This document shows, piece after piece, positions 52,101 through 64,000 of a stretch of DNA of 64,000 bases. A program made the position numbers and the translations under genes. Below the pieces are notes generated by a model that saw only the letters and a program-made list of their open reading frames with translations, did no database searches and was not told where the DNA came from. Source of the DNA: Lama guanicoe (lineage: Eukaryota); contig MU053994.1 of NCBI GenBank assembly GCA_013239625.1, forward strand, positions 809,775 to 873,774, read 5' to 3'. The stretch's first letter is position 1. Each line of letters begins with the position of its first letter.

Positions 52101-52652
52101 AGAGAAGATGAACACTAATTGCAACTCCAAGACCCAACTGCAGCAACAGGGGTTGTGATTTGTCCCACTAATCCCCCTTTTCCAAGGTTTACCCTCAGGA
52201 GGAGAGGTCCATGGGAACCACAGAGGATCTGTTTCCTAAATTTGTGTGAAGTAGGTCTGTGCAGTGCAAGGAATAGACTGGTGGCCATGAAAATGTCCCT
52301 GACTTTCAGGAGTGTGACCAATAGCCTCAGTGGGTCTCAGCCAGTGAGCGAATCTGACAGGGAAACTAAGGCAGGTGTGTTCCTGGGAGATGTGAGATTC
52401 TTCCAACAGGCAACTTTGGCTTGAGGACTCCCTGAGAGCCTGACTGAACTCTTAAAACTGCACCGAAGTCTAAGATGCTTCCACCTAACTTCCCTTCCTT
52501 CCTTCTCTCCTCTACAGGGGGTCAGAGCAGCCATCCTGCTAACTCTGAGGGCTCTCCTAACCTCCCCAGTTCCACCCTCCCCCTCATTTTTCCTCATAAG
52601 TCTTTCAATAAATCTCTTGCTTGGCTAATCTCATCTTAGAAGGCCTGAATCA
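49126..52652 (+). mobile_element. Internally deleted ERVL provirus (LTR16/HERV16-like) with RNase H/integrase and dUTPase remnants
   Basis: LTRs at 49126-49497 and about 52279-52652 share ggcttgaggactccctga and agtctaagatgcttcca; PBS-like tggtaccaggagtgg at 49500; ORF 51622-51987 has IDADHQEVVGLLLHNG, similar to ERVL dUTPase motif 3. Confidence 0.85.
49851..49973 (-). mobile_element. tRNA-derived SINE (Vic-1-like) inside the ERVL
   Basis: Perfect 15-bp TSD aagactttcagcttt at 49836-49850 and 49974-49988. Confidence 0.92.
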
Positions 52653-55394
52653 ATCAGATACTCAAAAGGTCTGTGACCTACAAAAGGTTATGACCCGTTT
52701 GCTGGATGCTGAGTTTGTATTCCTGCCTTAGAGGAACCACGAACAGAATTTCGAAGAGGTCTCATTCAGTGGTCTCATTCTTGCTATATCCTTGATCAAG
52801 CAAATCAGATTGTGCTGATGCATCTGGGAAGATGCACCAGGAACAAGTTTAGACCCAACAGTGATTTCTCTTCCCTCTGGCAAAGCAGGTCACCCTTCCA
52901 ACAGGGTCAGTCTCATTATATAAACTATAAGGACTCAGTGGAATACCATGAAAGCAATTAGGCTGGGGAAATAGTCTGCTTTAAATTTACTTATTAAAAT
53001 AATACATTAAAGAGAATAAAAATCTGAATCATCCAAGTTGCAATGCAATCAGTCACTCCCAGAAATTGAAGTGTACGACAAACACAAAGGCCTTCTCCAA
53101 TCTGAAAAATGCAGGGATGAGGGAAGATGATTGCAAACCATTTCTGGAGAAAATTAAATACATACATTTCAGGTTTTAGCCACTTAGGCTTTTTTATAAA
53201 ATGTGCACTCCCCAGCTGCCGCTGAGCTTTCTCCATGATATTAATCGTGCTCTGCTGGCAGGGAGAGGGACAGTATCTACCTAATAGATCTGTTACCCAT
53301 GGGGGTGTGTTTCAGAGGCTGGCGACATCCTCCTCTCTTATTAGTGACAGGACTGATTCAGGGTACTCCTCCCTGACCCATTTATTCAAGGGCATGTTAT
53401 TAAGAGTAATCTCAAGCTTTCTATTTCATAGCATTATAAAAATCAACTCAAGCAAAATTCATACTGTCCTCTTTCTGTCCCACTCTTGTCCTGGTAATAT
53501 TTCTTGGGTCGTTTCTCCTCAAAACAGCAAAATAAATATCTTATTTTCTAGAATTTCAATGTCTGAAATCCCTCTAGGTGTCAGCCCAGCTTAAAGTAAC
53601 TGAAGGTGTGACTCTTCCTAGCATAATGTGCGGGGAGAGGCGAGGCTGGAGGTGGGGCCCAGGTTAAGCGGCAGTGAAGCATTTTTTAAAGCACAAAAAG
53701 TCCAAATTATCCTTCCTCAAGAGTAAGGTCTCTGGGGAGCACCCTGGTGTTCACACAGGGCATTAAGACGAAGAAACTGCTGGAACATCAGTAGGTTGAT
53801 CACATGTTCCCCTCATTTTTATATTCGTAGTTTCCAAAATCATCTGGGCATTCTTTTAAGGACAAAAAAATTACTGGAAGCCCATGCCAACTCTGCAATT
53901 TAATTAATCAGGAGACCCAATTCACTAAGTGACCCTGGAGCAACCATCTAATCTCTCACACCTAAATTCATCCATTTGTAAAACTAAGATAATATTACTT
54001 ATCTCTTCCTCATCCCATGGGTTTGTATGAAGGGGAAAGATGACCCAATTTTAATTGAATCAGGTTATAAAGGTCAAGAGAAAGTGTCAAACCTGATTCA
54101 TGCAATCTTTTAACATTGTTCGTATTGGTTTTGCATTCACCAAAAGAAAACTTAGTAGCTCTGACAGACTCTTGAAGAAAAAGCTTGAAACATCCTTTGA
54201 GTACCTCATGGGGAAAGGCACAAGATAAAATGTTACTAGTTAATATTAGTAGCTTAAAGATGACAATACTAGTGTTATACAACCATCCCTCACATTGTGG
54301 TGTTTTTGAAGGAACATATTTCATATGGCTAAAGGTACATTTTAAGTAGGTTAACTTTTTTTCTTATATTTCAGCAACTCCATGAAAGGACACACATAGC
54401 CCTCAGCAATAAGACTTAAAATTCCCTTTTTTATCCCTCTCCCAGACACTCCCATCACACAACACAGACATGCTCTCCTCCTCTCTCCTTCCAATCAACA
54501 TCTCGACATTAGCAACCCACGCTTACACGGATGTCTTGCCCACATCTAACAACTCATGATCCCATGAAACCCTTGTCCATACACTCTGCTTCACCATTTT
54601 TCTTCTGACTCTTCAGCACAGAAGTTCCCAAACCAGTTTGTCATCAGAAGTCCCTCCTTGGAGGACAGAAAAAGGAAAGAACAAGAAAACAGTTCATTTT
54701 AAAGGCCATGGGGAGGGCAGAGGTCAGAAACTCTCAAGTGCCAAGAAGTTTTACTCCATCACACTATGAGCTGGCTGTCGTCAACCATGTTATGTGTTTA
54801 TAAATCTTAAAGTATTTCCTAACTAATTTTACTACTAGCTTATAAACAGTAATGGTTCTCATTGGAGAGACAAGCAACCTATTTGACATGCAAGTAACAA
54901 TAGCCTGTCTCTAGTGGAGCAGTAAATGAACTGGGTGTTTTCTAAGTCTTCATTCACCAAAAATGGTTCATAATGATGTCTATGAGAGGACTTTTTCCTT
55001 CTAAATTTCACAAAACATCTTTCAAAATGAAAAAAGAAAGAAAAATTCTGTGTGTGTATTTATATTATATATATACAGATTATTATCAAATAAAAAGGTC
55101 TTTTAATGATGGTTGGTACACATTAAATAATTTTGTTGAATATGGCAGCTATCTATCTATGTATCTATCTATCTGGCTATCTATCTATCTGTCCATCCAT
55201 CTCAAGCACAATTGGCCATTTAAGATAGGTCAAGGTTGGGGAATATACGTTCATGTGCTATGAGCTAGTTTTCGGATTAGAGCACATATTGTACTCAGCC
55301 TTGTATTATTGTTGTTTGTTAACAAGTCTGTCTCCATTAGCTCATAAACCTCTTGAATTCAATGGCAGTATCTCTTATGTCTTTGTATTCTCTA

Positions 55395-56197
55395 AAGTAG
55401 TGCTACTCAAAATGTGGTTGGTCCCTGGTCTGTGAATGGCTTGTCGGCAGTCTGCAGTAGAGAAGCACAAAAACTGAGAGTATGTATTTATAACCCGTTC
55501 TAGAAATGTAACATGACCATACTGTTTAAGTGTGTGCTCTCTGTAGTCATCTTGCTGACTGGGTCATCGGGCAGACTGGGTGTTGTTGAGCTCACTTGGA
55601 TGAGGTGCATATGGTGTGAGGTGTGTACTTGTCTTAAGTAGCAATAAACAAAAACGGAAAACTGATGTGTTACCACAGATAGTTTGAGAAACACTGCTCT
55701 CAATCAGGAGTTGGCAAACTATGGCCCGTGAGTCAAATCCTACACACCATCCACCTGTTTTCGTATATAAAGTTTTATTGGAACAAACCACGTCCATTCA
55801 GTTTCTTATCATCTATGCTGCTTTCATCTTACAGGAGCAGAGTTGAGTAGCTGTAGCAGAGACCACATGGCCTTCAAAGCATAAAAAATTTACTATCTGA
55901 CCCTTTAAAGAAAAGGTTTGCTAATCTTTGCTCTAAAGCTATGTTTTTTAAACTTTATTTGACTGTAATCAACAGTAAGAAATGCATTTTACTTTGCAAA
56001 CATACATAGACATCTGTGTATCTATCTATCTGGGACAAAAAGTTTACAACGATATTTACTCATAATACATGTGATGTACTCTGATATTTCTATTCTATTC
56101 TGCTTTGTTCAATTTTGTTAAATAACATTGGCTACAACATAATAAATTAATAACATAACCTATTATAGATTTTAACCCATAGTTTGAAAATTACTGC
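55395..56197. mobile_element. Three abutting hAT-Charlie MITEs; the middle one (about 55704-55932) is MER58A-like
   Basis: Termini tagtgctactcaaa...tttgagaaacactg; caggagttggcaaactatggcccg...aaggtttgctaatctttg; ...tttgaaaattactg. Confidence 0.7.
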
Positions 56198-56623
56198 TTG
56201 AAATCCCTTAGCACAGTGAATGGCACATAGATGGCACATAGGAAGTATTTATTGAATAGTTTATTGATATTTACTATTACCAGAGTTATTTTCCTTCCAT
56301 GTCACATAGGGTTTACTGATATTCACTATCATTTTCACCTTCTGAGTTCTCCTTTGTATCACAAGGACTGAAAGCCTGGAAACTATAATTCCCAGATTCC
56401 TTTGTCATCAAGGTTCCAGTTTGATTTTTCTATGAGAGAAATCGAAGGCAGAATAAAGGAGGCAGTAAGCATAGGACCTTGCCACACACTTCTACTCATC
56501 CACCTGAGAATTATCCCCTCTAGGGCTACAGTCAGCCACGATAATTGGTGGCAGCTTCTCTGTGATTCCTGTACTTCAACAAAAGGAATTTGAGGAGAAA
56601 ACTACAGAAAGGAAGAGTGATAG

Positions 56624-56812
56624 TCAGTGGTGTGCTGGTAAACATTTAACAATTGGTTCTCTGATTCATAGGACTTACCAATTTCCATGTTGTAAACACC
56701 ACCACAATGGCCAATTTCAAGCTATCAGTGTGGCATCAATGAATGTGGAGCTGGGAAGAGATGCACATGACCAGCTCTGTAAGCTAGTGGGAGCTGGCTC
56801 CAGGGTACTACA
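56624..56812. mobile_element. MER63-like hAT MITE
   Basis: cagtggtgtgctggtaaacatttaacaa...gagctggctccag. Confidence 0.75.
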
Positions 56813-56890
56813 GTGTTATTAGTCCCAGTTTCCACCTGTTGTCTGGGCATTTTATCTGTCACTTCCCAAAGTATTTTCTTTTCCTTAATA

Positions 56891-57543
56891 CTGTCTATTC
56901 TTGTTATTCATAGTAGTTATGTTCTATAAAGTCACTGCAAACATTGAATTACCAAATACTAAACCAGTGCCTCTAGGAAAATACAGGGTTAGGTTCCTGC
57001 AAGCTTCTAGTCATAACATTTTCATCAACCTATCGACACATAATTTTATCTGTGTTTCTGTTTAAAGCTACTTGATTTCATATACACTGTTGGCTCATTA
57101 GCATTAAACTAACAGCCCAAAGCATTATAACTCATCCCTGAATGAAGCTTATCTAATACAGGTGTTTTCTCCACAAAGCACATCGCAGCTTTCTTGTGCT
57201 TGAAACGCTAGACAGCACCCCAGTGCTACATGATTGGGGGCTATTTTAAGCAGAAAAATCACCAACAAAAAGCACAAAAATCAGGAAAATGTGGCACTAA
57301 ATAAACCTAAGAAAGCACACTTGTTTATAGTATGAGAGCTGAAGCAAGAAAGCAGAGCATTGCTACGTTCAACCTCAGCTAGGAACATGCACATTGAGCG
57401 AGCAATTCAAAATTTTCACTACTCTGCGCATGTCTGTGAATGACAGCAAAAGTACCACGAGTATTGATTTTGGTGTGACAAGTCAATTTTAGTGAGTAAG
57501 TAAATTTACAAATATGGTATCTGTGAACCATGAGGATCAACTG
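56891..57543 (+). mobile_element. MER82-like Tigger element
   Basis: gtagttatgttctataaagtcactgcaaac...atgaggatcaactg, flanked by TA. Confidence 0.8.
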
Positions 57544-57674
57544 TATATAATAGTCACTCTGGTTACTAAGTGACAAAAGTCATTAGGTCTGATCTCTTAC
57601 CTGGACTGAGCCTGTGCTGAGATGGGGAAAAGGTCTCTGGAAAAACTGGCTTTGGAGAGTTTGCTGGAAAAAGC

Positions 57675-60600
57675 AGTCAAGATGGCGGAGCAGAAGGACC
57701 CTAAGCTCACCTCCTGTCATGAGCACAACAAAGTCACAGCTAACTGCAGAACAACCACTGATGAAAAAGATTGGAACCTATCAGAAAAGATCTTCTACGG
57801 CCAAAGACATAAAGAAGGAATCACAATGAGATGGGTAGGAGGGGTGGACTCACTATATAATCACATCCCGTACCCCCTGGGTGGGCAACCCACAAACTAG
57901 AGAATAATTATATTACAGAGGTTTTCCCACAGGAGTGAGAGTTCTGAGCCCCACGCTAGGGCCCCTGGCCCGGTAGTCCAGCATCGGAAAGAAGAGTCCC
58001 CAGAGCATTTGGCTTTGAAGGCCATCAAGGCTTGACTGCAGAAGCCCTACAGGACTGGGAGAAATAGAAACTTCACTCTTCAAAGGTGCACACAAAATCT
58101 CACCACAGTGGGACCAAGGGCAAAAGCAGTCATTTGATAAGAGCCTGGGCCAGACCTACCTGCTGGTTTTGGAGGATCTCCTGGGGAGGCATAGGGCAGC
58201 TGTGGCCCACCCTGGGGGTATAGACACAGATGGCAAGCATATCGGGGATCATTCATCTATGTGAGTCTCCTGGACACTGACATCTTGACACCAAGGCCTG
58301 GCTCCACCCAAAAGTCTGTAGGACCCAGTGTTGGGATGCTTCAGGCTAAACAATAAACTGGGTGGGGACACAGCCCCACCCATCAGCAGACAGGCTGCCT
58401 AAAGACTTCCTGAACTCACAGTCGCCACAGGGACCTGCCCACTAGAGGGCCAAGACCCTGCTCTACCTGCCAGTGGGCAGGCACCAACCCTTCTCACCAG
58501 AGAGCTTGCACAAGTCTCTAGACCAGCCTTGTAGACCAAGGGACAGACACCAGAAGCAGGAAAACTATAGTCCTGCAGCCTGCTGACCATGTCCATAAAT
58601 GTAGGCCAGACACTACCCTGTGAGCAGCTGGCCCCTGGCCCTTGGGTGACGAGAGGGGAGTGCATTGCTGGGATGCATAGGATGTCTCCTACAGAGGGCC
58701 ACTTTTCCAAGGTCGAGAAATATAACTAATGTACTACATACATAAAAATACAAATAGCAATTCTAAGAGAGAAGTTTATAGTGATATAAGCTTATCTCAG
58801 GAGACAAGAAAAATCTCAAATAAACAACACAACTTTACACTTAAAGTATATCTAGAGAAAGAAGAACAATCAAAACCCCAAGTTAGTAGAAGAAATCATA
58901 AAGGTTATAGCAGAAATAAATGAAATAAAGACTAAAAAAATAGAAAAGATCAATGAAACTAAAACCTGGTTCTTTGAAAAAGATAAAGAAAATTGATCAA
59001 CCTTTATCCAGACTCTTGAAGGAAAAAAAAAAAGAAAGAAGAGGGCCCAAATTAGTAAAATCAGAAATGAAAAAGGAGAAATTACAACTGACACCACAGA
59101 AATACAAAGGATCGTAAGAGATTACTATGAGCAACTGTATGCCAATAAAATGGACAACTTAGAAGAAATGGACAAATTCTTAGAAAAGTACAATCTCCCA
59201 AGACTAAACCAAAAATAAATAGAAAATATGAACAGACTGATTACCAATATTGGAATTGAATCAGTAATTTAAAAACTTCCAACAAACAGAAGTCCAGGAC
59301 CAGATGGCTTCACAGGTGAATTCTACCAAACATTTAAAGAAGAGTTAACACCTATCCTTCTTAAACTATTCCAATATATTTCAGAGGAAAAAATACTTCC
59401 TAACTCATTCTATGGAGGCCACCATCACCTTGATATCAAAACCAGGCAAAGATATCACAAAAAAGAAAATTACAGGCCACTATCACTGATGAACATAGAT
59501 GCAAAAATCCTCAACAAAATACTAGCAGACTGACCCCATAATACATTAAAGGGATCATACACTGTGATTAAGTGGGGTTTATTCCAGGAATGCAACAATT
59601 TTTTTCAGTATCTACAAATCAATAATGTGATACACTATTTTAACAAATTAAAGAATAAAAACCATACAGTCATCTCAATAGATGCAGAAAAAAGCTTTTG
59701 ATAAAATTCAACATCCATTTATGGTAAAAAGCTCTCCAGAAAGTGGGGTTAGAGGGAACATATCTCAACATAATAAAGGCCATATATGACAAACCCACTG
59801 CTAACATCACCTTCAATGGTGGAAAGTTGAAAACATTTAGTCTAAGATCAGGAACAAGATAAGGATGCAGTGCTGGGAAAACTGGACAGTTACATGTAAA
59901 AAAATGAAATTAGAACATTCTCTAACACCACATACAAAAATAAACTCAAAATGGATTAAAGATCTAAATGTAAGGCTAGATACTATAAAACTCCTAGAGG
60001 AAAACATAGGTAGAACACTCTTTTATGTAAATCACAGCAATATTTTTTTTGGATCCATCTCCTAGAACAGTGGAAAAGAGAATAAAAATAAATAAATGAG
60101 ACCTAATTAAACTTAAAAGGTTTTGGATAGCAGAGAAAACCATAAACAAAATGAAAAGACAACCTATGGACTGGGAGAAAATATTTGCAAATGATAAGAC
60201 CAACAAGGGATTAATTTCTAAAATATAAAAACAGCAAAAACAGCTTAATATCAAAAAAAAAACAATCAAAAAATGGGCAGAAGACCTAAATAGACATTTC
60301 TCCAAAGAAAACATACAGATGGCCAACAAGCACATGAAAAGATGCTCAACATTGCTAAATTAGAGAAATTCAAATTAAAACTACAATGAGGTATCACCTC
60401 ACATCACTCAGAATGGCCATCATCAAAATGTCTATAAGTAATAAATGCTGGAGAGGGTGTGGAGAAAAGGGAACCCTCCTGCACTGTTGGTGGAAATGTC
60501 AATTGGTGTAGCCACTATTGAGAACAGTATGGGGATTCCTTAAAAATTAAAAATAGAGTTACTATATGATCCAGCAATCCCACTCCTGGGCACATTTCTA

Positions 60601-61218
60601 GAAAAAACTCTAATTCGAAGGGATACATGCACCCCAATGTTCATACCACTGTTTACAAGAGCCAAGATATGGAAGCAACCTAAATATCCGTTAACAGATG
60701 ACTGGATAAAGAAGATATGGGGTATACACACACACACACACACACACACAATGGAATATGACTCAGCCATAAAAAGAATGAAATAATGCCATTTGTAGCA
60801 AAATGGATGGACCTAGAGATTATCATACTAAGTGAAGTAAGTCAGACAAAGACAAATATCGTATGATATCACTTATATGTGGCATCTTAAAAAGTGATAC
60901 AAATAAACTTATGTACAAAACAGAAATAGACTCACAGACATAGAAAATAAACTTATGGTTACCAAAGGGGTAAGTGGGGGAGGGGGAGGGAGGGATAAAT
61001 TAGGAGTTTGGGATTAACAGATGCACACTACTATATATAAAATCGATAAACAACAAGGACCTACTGTATAGCACAGGGAACTATATTTAATATCTTGTAA
61101 TAACCTATAATGGAAAATAATATGAAAAAGAATATATATATATATGTATAACTGAATCACTTTGCTGTACACTTGAAACTAACACATTATTGTAAATTAA
61201 CTATACTTCAATTAAAAA
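57675..61218 (+). mobile_element. L1 with 5' UTR and 3' end but two large internal deletions
   Basis: caagatggcgg (YY1-like) start, about 1.1-kb 5' UTR, ORF2 fragments (agtccaggaccagatggcttcacaggtgaattctacc; C-terminal region), G-rich 3' UTR and A-tail. Confidence 0.92.
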
Positions 61219-61670
61219 GCCTTAAAGAATCATGAGATCTTTTCATGGATAGAAAGAGTAGGAGCTCTGGAAGAATTAGTGGGAGAGAAAGGAAGATTTG
61301 GAGTTTTGACAAGATTCTGTTGAAGAGAATTAACGTGTAAAATCAACTTAATGGAACTGCAAGGGGCCAGAAAGATTGGATTTGTTACAGGTTTTAACTT
61401 TCTCTAGAGTCCCTGGAGCCCAGAATTCTAACCAAATCTTGAATCTAACTGTGGATGTTTCAGTCTGCCAGCTGGCAAATGGGATGAACAAATAGGGTCA
61501 CTGCAGCCTTCATCCTGAGGACTCTGTTGGAATTTATTGCAACACCAGCCTGTATTTTATTGGTTTTCAACATGAGGGAGAAATTGAGAAGGTGGGAGCA
61601 TCCTTATGAAGTCTGGTCTTTTATTCAAGTCTATTAAAGAATGAGAATGATGCTGCAAGGACTTATCATT

Positions 61671-62179
61671 TGTGTCAGATAGTCCTTATTTATCTCTCCA
61701 GTTCCATTCTCCACTCTTCTCTATCCTGCTCTCTGCTCCAGGAGCTGACTTTTATAGACTCCATCAACAGATTTCTTTGTCTTTTGGCTCATGGTTATCC
61801 AATGGTAGACACCCATCAATCACAGGATGGGAAGAGAGTGAGGTTGAGGTATTTATTCCCCTGGCTGCTTCCCTGTTGGGTTACCACATGTTGGCAGTGG
61901 TTACCATAGGCCACAGCTCCCATTGGGTGAACTTCCCTTAAAGCTACAGTTCTCTTTTAAGGTTCTGGTAACTGCTCCTTCTCTTTATCCCTTCAGGCTT
62001 AGAGTTAATGGCCTCCTGCTCATGCAAATCCTAGGGTACTCCATCATTCCATGTTAGTTTTCCTTAACCATGTCCACACCTTGGTAAATAGTCCTTTAAT
62101 TAAACTGTCCTAAATTATCTTATTTGGCTTATATGACAATAAGATCATATTGTTTCCTTCTGTGACTTGACTGATGACA
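61671..62179 (+). mobile_element. LTR33-like ERVL solo LTR
   Basis: gagagtgaggttgaggtatttattcccctggct motif; TG...CA ends. Confidence 0.75.
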
Positions 62180-62199
62180 TGGGGTTCAGGTTTTGTCAG

Positions 62200-63180
62200 C
62201 CTGATCCATTATAAAGGTCCCCACTGACATCCATCTAGTGATTTTAACAGCTTATGATGATTTATGCTAGAAATGCTGTGCATCAACTATGTAGTTACCC
62301 TAAAACATAGCTTGTACAAGAAACAGAATACTGGATTCCTTCTCTTTATTAATCAATTTTAAAAATGAGTTGATGTTCTTGTAACTTCCAAAGAAGCTCA
62401 CTTTTTTCAAGTATTATAAAATCATAGATATTTATGTATTTTGTGTGCTTCAGTTTTCTTTTTGATGCTGAAATTGTCCCATCTTTCACCAGCAGGAACC
62501 TTTTTGTCATGACCTCAACAGACTTCGATAGCTTCCTTGCTTTCTAGAACAACGTGGCATCTCAGATTCCTTTTATACCTTCCCTGCTCCAGACTTGGAA
62601 CTAAACATTACTCTAAGGAGCTCTGATTACTTTTTGTAGCAAATACTATTTAGAGACCATAATTGAGATGTTAGGGTCCTCATTCTTATTGGGTTTTCAT
62701 TGATTCTACATTTTTTAAGTGAATAGAATTAGGAAATATGCATATTTCTAGAAAGTACAAAAGAAATCATGAGTTTATACTGATATTTCCAAGGCAAATT
62801 TAAGTTTATAGGGCTCTTTTCGACTTTATATTTGTATCCCTTCATTTACAGTGAAAAAAATTTATTCTTAATTAAATTAACATAATTAATAATTTGATTT
62901 CTCCACTTTGCATACCATAAAAGTCTCAAAAACAATATTATTATTAAGAATAAGACTACTGAGTTAGTCATTAAGTTTCAATAGCTCTGTAATGAGGGTA
63001 CCTGTTTCCCCACAGCCTCACCAATGGAGCATGTTGTCAAATCTTGAAAATTTTTGCCCCTCTGATGGGTGAGAAGTAGTATCTCAGTGTAGTTTTAATT
63101 TTCATTTCTCTTATCATGATCAATGTATCTCTGCATATGCTTAAGGGCCATTTGCATGTCTATTCGTATAAACCTCTGTC
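62200..63180 (-). mobile_element. Old L1 (L1ME-like) fragments
   Basis: tatctcagtgtagttttaattttcatttctct motif; similar degenerate blocks at about 14640-14890 and 18330-18560. Confidence 0.6.
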
Positions 63181-63229
63181 TTTATGAGACAGGAGAGATT
63201 TAGATGTTCTTCAGATAATGTAACATGAA

Positions 63230-63727
63230 TGTCTTAGGTTGCCCAGAGGCAGAGAGACAAGGATTCATGTGAAAGTGAATTATTAGGAAGTATTTCTAGA
63301 AAAAAAACAGTAGGCAAATGGAGAAACGAGACAAGAAAGGAAAGGAGGCCAAGCCAGGGTGTGATAGCAAGTAAAGTTCCAAGGAATACTGCTTTGGGTC
63401 AGTCTCAAAGGGGATTTATGGAGACAGTATAAAACCCATCTAAGAATTGTCCCCATCAGGCGGCAAGGGAGCTGGAATATTAATTCTCTTCACTGTCAAT
63501 CACTGGTTAAGGGCTGCTCTCAGGGGATACAGAATTCCCAGGCACTTCCAGCTTTCCACGTCTCCAGGCAAATCAGGCTCCAGTGGCCTGAGGGTAGTCA
63601 GCCAACTAAGAGATGTAGGTGCTGGCTGTTGGGAATGAAAATCCACATAGAGCCAAGAAGCATGGGAATGGTAAAGGGGTTAGAAGAGGGTGTGGTTATG
63701 GGAAGATCACTGGCAGCATCTGCTTCA
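63230..63727 (-). mobile_element. Old ERVL-type solo LTR
   Basis: tgtcttaggttg...agacaaggattcatgtgaaagtgaattatt start. Confidence 0.55.
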
Positions 63728-64000
63728 GTGTATGACTATCCACCCCGTACTCATGGAGGGTGAACACTACTATCAGGCCTGATTTCAAAACAACAGTGTC
63801 TACGATAAATGAGAGAGCATCACTGGCATTTTATTTGCTTGATTTTACTTCATAAATATTTTCTAATCACATGTGTTAAAAGAAAATTATGATGTATTTC
63901 GTACACCCAGTTTTCCCTAGACACACCGTGTTGAGTCAGATGGCTCCTATGAGGCTGCCTTAGAACTTTCACAGATGCCTAGGCTAATCCCTTTGTGTGA

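Larger units (their letters stand above)
49000..52702 (+). mobile_element. Charlie4z-like hAT MITE split in two (49000-49125 and about 52653-52702) by the ERVL provirus
   Basis: Left half ggtccacgaaccccatgaaatt...ggttt; right half atcagatactcaaaaggtctgtgacctacaaaaggttatgacc. Confidence 0.7.

Noticed and set aside
59865..60335. Protein-coding ORFs
   Set aside because: Fragments of disrupted L1 ORF2 and its antisense strand.

Overview
Mammalian genomic DNA containing the 3' part of the ornithine transcarbamylase gene (OTC, + strand). The window starts in intron 3 and holds exons 4-10 (all GT-AG, exon sizes matching the known human structure, intact frame ending ...QLQKPKF*), the 3' UTR and about 27 kb of downstream intergenic DNA. 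tRNA-derived SINEs resembling Vic-1 point to a camelid genome (inference). Most non-exonic DNA is transposon-derived: L1, L2, MIR, ERVL/MaLR LTRs, hAT and Tigger elements. Repeat family names come from recalled consensus sequences, not a database search, and many boundaries are approximate. The most notable items are: (1) an old processed thymosin beta-4 copy in intron 4 whose 3' UTR is split by an L2 insertion and which keeps a 35-codon open frame; (2) a palindrome with a perfect ER8 nuclear-receptor motif just upstream of exon 9; (3) an L1 with both ends but two large internal deletions; (4) a deleted ERVL provirus nested in a Charlie4z-like element. I found no convincing new multi-gene system. 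Most ORFs in the supplied track are spurious.
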